Below are positions 59,137-64,000 of a DNA stretch of 64,000 nucleotides, one piece after another; within the stretch, counting starts at the first letter, position 1, and every line of letters begins with the position of its first letter. The stretch comes from a virus. Taxonomy: Duplodnaviria; Heunggongvirae; Uroviricota; Caudoviricetes. Under the pieces are notes generated by a model that worked only from the letters and a program-made list of their open reading frames with translations, did no database searches and was not told where the DNA came from. A program made the translations under genes and the position numbers. Where the stretch lies: the IMG/VR virus record IMGVR_UViG_3300008114_000011; one strand, given 5' to 3'.

Positions 59137-61158
59137 TTAAACCCATTTATCATTTTTTCTTTTAAGAAGTTTATCTCCTTCTAATTTATAAAACTTATAT
59201 TTTTTATCAATAGAAGTTATAACATAATATTTATCTGGTCCTAATTCCTTATATCTTTTCATATTACCAGTTACCTTAACACCATCCACTTCACCACCCA
59301 TTTGTTTGGCATAAGCCCATTTAATATAGTGTGGATCAACGTGTCTCGATCTTAATTTATCTTGTTCAATTGATGTTTCTAATGTAGATAATAAGTGAAT
59401 AAAAACTATTTCATATCCATTCTCTCTTGCTAAATCAAATATATCCTTAATGTGTTCATAACCAGTATCAGTATATTCTTTACCAGCACCGGTTGTATCA
59501 TAGATAAAGTTTTGACCAGTTTTCATAAAACCTTTCATCTTCATTAAGTTTAATTCAGACGCATTTTTTGTTCTACCACCTTCTTCTTTTTCTTTTCCTT
59601 TATAATAAACATTTGGATCTTTTGTGTAAAGAAGTGAAATATCATCAGTTGAGAAGTCTTTAATGTTTGTATTTTTTGTATGTAAATAATTATTCACAAA
59701 GTGTGAATTATGTAGTATTGTTGGTAAGTTACCACCTATGAAGTTATGATGTTTATCTAAGACTATATCATAAACATAATCATTATGTTCTATTGTTGAT
59801 ATATTAGTTATTTTATCAAAAAATAAGTTATTGTGATGATTAATATATGTTTCTGGTATATAAACATTATTCTCATTTAAAAAATTACATATTTTATTAA
59901 AACGTTTTTTCGTTATTACTCTTCTATATTTATAACTTCTAGTAAATCTATATCCAGTTTCATCTTCTGGTATAAATTCGGTAATAAAAAATAAAAAAAC
60001 AAATTTAAATAATAAGGATTTTTTATCATATATAGTCAGGGTAACAAGTGATGATTTTAATTTATTTGGAGAAATATTAAATAAATATATTAGATGTAGT
60101 AGAAAAAAAATTAAACCAATTGAAAAAACTAATACAAATATTGGTGGATTTATACCAAATGATGACATGGTGGAATTAATTTATAATAATAAATTAAACA
60201 TTAAAAGTGCATAAGATAAATCAGTAGCCATTTCATATGACGATGTGTAATATTCAACTCTATTTTCAAATACAGAACCATCACAAGATAAATAACTACC
60301 TAAGAAATGTTTTAATGATTCACTGTTTGATATTATATCATCCGGAATTCTAACTTTATGTGATTTGTTGCCAAAAATATAATCACCACATATTTCAGAA
60401 ATATTTGAAATAAAATCATATTTATCTTTTTTAAATCTTCGATTTCCTAATTTAATATCATCTGAATATTGAACACTATGTCTTATTTTTTTAGATTTTA
60501 CTGTTAATATTTTATTTTCTTTTTCGACACATTTTCTAAAATCATCTATTATATCAATATCTATATTTGTTAGTGTTAGAAATTTACTATTTTTATTTTT
60601 TATAAAATTACCATCACTTAACGAATAACCAATAATCCTTGATAATTCATTACTTATTTTTGATTTATTATTAAAAGTGTTATTTATTATTCTAGGTCTG
60701 GCTAACTTATCATCTATTGTTATTTCTGATGATTTTTTCCAAATAATATCACCGTTTTTTTCTAAAACTAATAATGGGTGTATAGGTGTAACTTTTATAT
60801 CAACACCCGTTTGTGTTTTTATATTTATTAACTTTTCTGAATAGCCTCTATATAAACTCGAAATCTCATTTTCCACAAACTCACCACTATCATTTAATGA
60901 TTTAACATATAAGTTTTTAACAGGAATATTTATTTCACCAATTTTTGATTCGGTGTTATAGTTATCTATCAATTTACCAATTTTAGTCATTTTATTATTC
61001 ACTAAAATGGGTGTATTATATTCTAAGCACTTTCCAATACCGGGAGCACCGATTAGGAAAACAGCTAATCCTTTTTCTTTATCTAATATTTCTGGAATTG
61101 GTTCATTCTTTGACCATTCTTCTTTTATGTAATTGAAAAATTCTTTTATATATCTCAT
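59137..61158 (-). pseudogene. intein-containing P-loop kinase, reading frame broken by one in-frame TAA (60181..60183)
   Basis: ORFs 60181..61158 and 59137..60168 are in the same frame. N-extein ends GAPGIGK. C-extein starts SHFVNNYL...IYDTTGAGKE (zeta/AAA_33-like kinase pattern). Confidence 0.6.
59707..61029 (-). mobile_element. class 1 intein with LAGLIDADG homing-endonuclease domain
   Basis: Block A CLEYNTPILV directly after the P-loop Lys. Block B VTPIHPLLV. LAGLIDADG motifs IIGYSLSDGNF and FLGSYLSCDGSV. Blocks F/G YVYDIVLDKHHNFIGGNLPTILHN|S. Confidence 0.8.
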
Positions 61159-62276
61159 ACTAATCTATTTATTTTAGTTTCAATTCCTTTTCTTTTCAAA
61201 AAGATGTGACCATCTCCACAAACATCACAGATTCCATTGTAACTTGAGAAACATTCACCATCACATTCATAACATTGATCATCACCACCATCCGTTTCAT
61301 GTAACCAATTACAATTCTTAGATGGTAAGTTTGATAACTTTTTACCTTTTAAGAAACAAAGTGTATCAATGAATGGATATTTATTGAAGTTTGATTTTTC
61401 TAATTTGACAGATATTTCGCCAAAAAATTCCTTATTATCATATAAAAAACAAACATTTGTTTCCGTATGACTATTCATTTTCTGTTTATATAAAAATTTA
61501 TTCTCATTAGCAAAATTTTTAAACTTTATAACATCAGAATCATTATTTACATAAACTCTATCCATAAAATATTTAGCATCACAAGGTGACTTTTTTAGTT
61601 TCCAAACTAAAGCTCGACCACAAATTTGATCAGTTTCTTTATTGTGTAGAATTAAAAGACCAACTTTATTATCATTCTCCACATATAGTTTTAATTTACC
61701 CCTAGCATCACCCATACAAGATCCTCCTAAAGTCCCATTAGTGTTTAAGTAATTAGATGTGTTATAATATTTGATAATATCATCACCTTTAACAATTTTA
61801 AACTGCCATTTATCATTTATTTCTAATGATTTATATGCGTTCACAAAGTCTTCAACATCTTTATCGGTTAAATTAAAATTAATAGATTTTGAACTTTGTA
61901 TCATAGACACAATAGATCTCAAAACTCTACCAATTTTCATTTCAGATCTCCCTAATGTGTATGGCAAATCTGGATCTTCATCATTATCCCAATCTTTAGG
62001 AACTTTATCATTCATAGTGAAACTAACCATATCAACTCGATTGGTAGTATCAAAAAAGTTTTGAGTTATTGAATCATCTTTTAATTGATGAAATGGATCT
62101 GCTTTTCTATTTAAGAATTCATCAATGATTTTAGAAATATCACCCACTCTACCAGATTGTCTAGATAATTCGGAAATCTTTCTATGAAATTCGGATGTCG
62201 AATATAAATACCCCTCTAATAAGATGACTAAATCATTATTTAATTTTTCTAAAATAAATTGGTTATACTTTCTCAT
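61155..62276 (-). CDS. paralog of 51948..53663 with a single short Cys cluster
   Basis: Shared blocks GDDIIKYY, LGGSCMGDA, VGLLILH, ICGRALVWKL, FMDRVYVNN, YPFIDTLCF, ETDGGDDQCYECDGEC. Confidence 0.7.
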   Translation of the reverse strand: MRKYNQFILEKLNNDLVILLEGYLYSTSEFHRKISELSRQSGRVGDISKIIDEFLNRKADPFHQLKDDSITQNFFDTTNRVDMVSFTMNDKVPKDWDNDEDPDLPYTLGRSEMKIGRVLRSIVSMIQSSKSINFNLTDKDVEDFVNAYKSLEINDKWQFKIVKGDDIIKYYNTSNYLNTNGTLGGSCMGDARGKLKLYVENDNKVGLLILHNKETDQICGRALVWKLKKSPCDAKYFMDRVYVNNDSDVIKFKNFANENKFLYKQKMNSHTETNVCFLYDNKEFFGEISVKLEKSNFNKYPFIDTLCFLKGKKLSNLPSKNCNWLHETDGGDDQCYECDGECFSSYNGICDVCGDGHIFLKRKGIETKINRLV

Positions 62277-62294
62277 TTCTTATATATTTAATCT

Positions 62295-62906
62295 TTATCT
62301 TTTAATTCTTTTAATAGCACCTTTTATAACAGATTTATGATCAAATGCCATATCAACAATAGTTTCACCACTATAACTAACATCAATCCAATCACATTCA
62401 TCAGCATCATCAGCCGCGGATGTTTCAGGTATATCACTTAAAATAACTGAGAAAGCATAAGAAATACAATTCTTATTTCTTGGATCTCTCCACGGTTCAT
62501 TGAATACATCAATAAATCTCAAATATCTTTTAGGTACTTTTAAACTTGTTTCTTCTTCCAACTCACGAATAGCAGCATCTATTGGTTCTTCACCTTCGTC
62601 AATGTTCCCACCAGGACAAGCCCACTTGCCTTTAAATGGATCTTTATTTCTTAGAATTGCCAACATCTTATAATTTGAGCCAGTATCAACTAAAATAACT
62701 AAATCGACACAAGACATACCCGTATCAACTATCATATCACCATTCAATCTAAAAACATATGTATAACCTTTCTTTATTTGATTTATAGAATTATTTACAA
62801 AATTTCCAGAAGTTGTATAAACTTTACGATCTTTTATATCTAGAACCTTAACAGGTCCAAACCAATCACTCGAATTAAATTGGTTATAAGTTTTAATTTT
62901 TAACAT
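62295..62906 (-). CDS. Nudix hydrolase with MKYLK-like head
   Basis: Nudix box GGNIDEGEEPIDAAIRELEEETSL; N-term MLKIKTYNQFNSS. Confidence 0.8.
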   Translation of the reverse strand: MLKIKTYNQFNSSDWFGPVKVLDIKDRKVYTTSGNFVNNSINQIKKGYTYVFRLNGDMIVDTGMSCVDLVILVDTGSNYKMLAILRNKDPFKGKWACPGGNIDEGEEPIDAAIRELEEETSLKVPKRYLRFIDVFNEPWRDPRNKNCISYAFSVILSDIPETSAADDADECDWIDVSYSGETIVDMAFDHKSVIKGAIKRIKR

Positions 62907-62937
62907 AATGTATATATAAAATATTAAAAAAATTTTT

Positions 62938-62945
62938 TAATTTTG
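62938..62945 (+). promoter_or_regulatory. -7 box TAATTTTG
   Basis: TAnnTTTG 5 nt before ATG 62950 in divergent gap; spacing is short. Confidence 0.35.
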
Positions 62946-62949
62946 TAGA

Positions 62950-63375
62950 ATGAATTTAGATAGTTTAAGAGATTGGCTTGACTCAGAAGAAGGTCAACAA
63001 AGTATTATTGAGTTTGGTGAAAAACTCAAAAGAAAAAGAGAAAGACAAGAAAGATATACTCAATATATCCATGATAACTTCAGAGATAATCTCGATGAAC
63101 TTATTCAAAAGATTTATGATAAGTATAGTTCTGATAAGTATCGTGATCGTGAATATAGTTTAGGTAGAGAACCTATGGAAGTTCTTTACTGGACACTACT
63201 TGAGTATTCTAAAGAATATGGTGTAGAGTTTACTGAACAAGAGTATGAAGATTATTCTTGTATGTTTACCGGTGAAATGTATTACTTAGGTGATTGGGTA
63301 TTTGAGGTTCTTCACGGACAAGGATCTTGTGTAGAAGTTTATAAAAAAGACCAATTAAAAAGAAACTCTCAATAA
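62950..63375 (+). CDS. hypothetical acidic protein
   Basis: 141 aa ORF. Confidence 0.55.
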   Translation: MNLDSLRDWLDSEEGQQSIIEFGEKLKRKRERQERYTQYIHDNFRDNLDELIQKIYDKYSSDKYRDREYSLGREPMEVLYWTLLEYSKEYGVEFTEQEYEDYSCMFTGEMYYLGDWVFEVLHGQGSCVEVYKKDQLKRNSQ

Positions 63376-63954
63376 TTATTGAGAGTTTTTCTTTGTTAGG
63401 TTTTCAATATCTTTTAAAATTGATTGTTGCCAAGGAATATCACCACCTATATAAGGTATAACAACGTCCAGGTCTTCGTTTATAGGTAATTCAGTAATAT
63501 CATCATTATCTAAGTTGAATATATTTAATATATTTTCTTTATATTTCTCCTTAAACTCGTTTATATTATCACCTGTATATTCATAAATAGGATAAGCATC
63601 AATTCTTGAGTATCCAAGAGATTTTAAATCTTTATGAATAAATATCTTATCCAACTTAAATGCTGATCTTTTAACATTATACTTTTGTTTAATCTCTTCC
63701 GCGAGTTTCTTAGTTCTTGTATCATAATCATCATCTAACTTAATAACACAACTATCATTTTCTATTTCTCTTAATAAAACTTGAGAAGCCCACTCACCAA
63801 TATTTAAATTTAATTCACTACAATACTTTTTAATAGTAGAATGAGTTTTACCAGGTATTGTAATCGTTTTTGGTTTATTTTTTTCTCTCAATTCTTTTTC
63901 CATTTGCTTAACCTTCTTCTTCATTTCGATTAAGTCTTCTTCTGTAAAGTCCAT
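63376..63954 (-). CDS. hypothetical protein, possible ribbon-helix-helix DNA-binding N-terminal region
   Basis: TITIPGKTHSTIKKYCSELNLNIGEWASQVLLREI has a strand-helix-helix look; tentative. Confidence 0.45.
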   Translation of the reverse strand: MDFTEEDLIEMKKKVKQMEKELREKNKPKTITIPGKTHSTIKKYCSELNLNIGEWASQVLLREIENDSCVIKLDDDYDTRTKKLAEEIKQKYNVKRSAFKLDKIFIHKDLKSLGYSRIDAYPIYEYTGDNINEFKEKYKENILNIFNLDNDDITELPINEDLDVVIPYIGGDIPWQQSILKDIENLTKKNSQ

Positions 63955-64000
63955 ATAATTATTTTTATTTTTAATTATATATATAATAATTATCTCTCCC

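Noticed and set aside
60181-60183. Stop-codon reassignment (TAA read as sense) to explain the in-frame stop in the intein
   Set aside because: TAA terminates a large share of the well-supported genes in this window, including conserved ELGI tails. Global recoding of TAA is therefore not tenable.

Overview
The window looks like a hyperplastic region of a large, AT-rich bacteriophage genome. By eye it is roughly 30% G+C. The host is probably a member of Bacteroidota (Flavobacteriia-like). Two observations support that host call: TAnnTTTG -7 promoter boxes recur upstream of gene blocks, and one encoded protein carries a T9SS (type IX secretion) C-terminal sorting domain.

About 140 mostly tiny genes are packed head to tail, often with ATGA stop/start overlaps. 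Recognisable functions:
- An NAD+ salvage set: NAMPT, a Prs-like PRPP synthetase and a Nudix hydrolase, plus a PARG-like macrodomain protein.
- Translation-related genes: IF-3, a CCA/poly(A)-polymerase-family nucleotidyltransferase and 4-5 tRNA-like genes.
- A dNMP kinase, two HAD-type phosphatases, a GNAT acetyltransferase, an SPFH/prohibitin protein and an AAA ATPase.
- Three free-standing homing endonucleases, an HNH nuclease and a small IntI/XerD-like tyrosine recombinase.
- A P-loop kinase interrupted by a LAGLIDADG intein that carries an in-frame stop.

Structures the ORF list does not explain:
1. About 50 genes, nearly all on the + strand, end in the same C-terminal peptide, R-[DE]-x-K-L-x-E-L-G-I. 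It is encoded by a junction that also supplies the next start codon.
2. About 16 genes, mostly on the - strand, begin with the same M-K-x-L-K-x-F-E-x-F decapeptide. This resembles the T4 capsid-targeting sequence.
3. Eight copies of a 26-bp palindrome (TACTAAAA..CG..CG..TTTTAGTA) are coupled to promoters between 20.2 and 26.4 kb.
4. An integron-like array of short cassettes runs into the recombinase gene at 24-30 kb. The cassettes are separated by TAAC...GTTA imperfect hairpins.
5. One tRNA gene has a 65-nt structured insertion in its D-loop.

All calls rest on reading the sequence and translations by eye. No searches, folding or covariance models were run.
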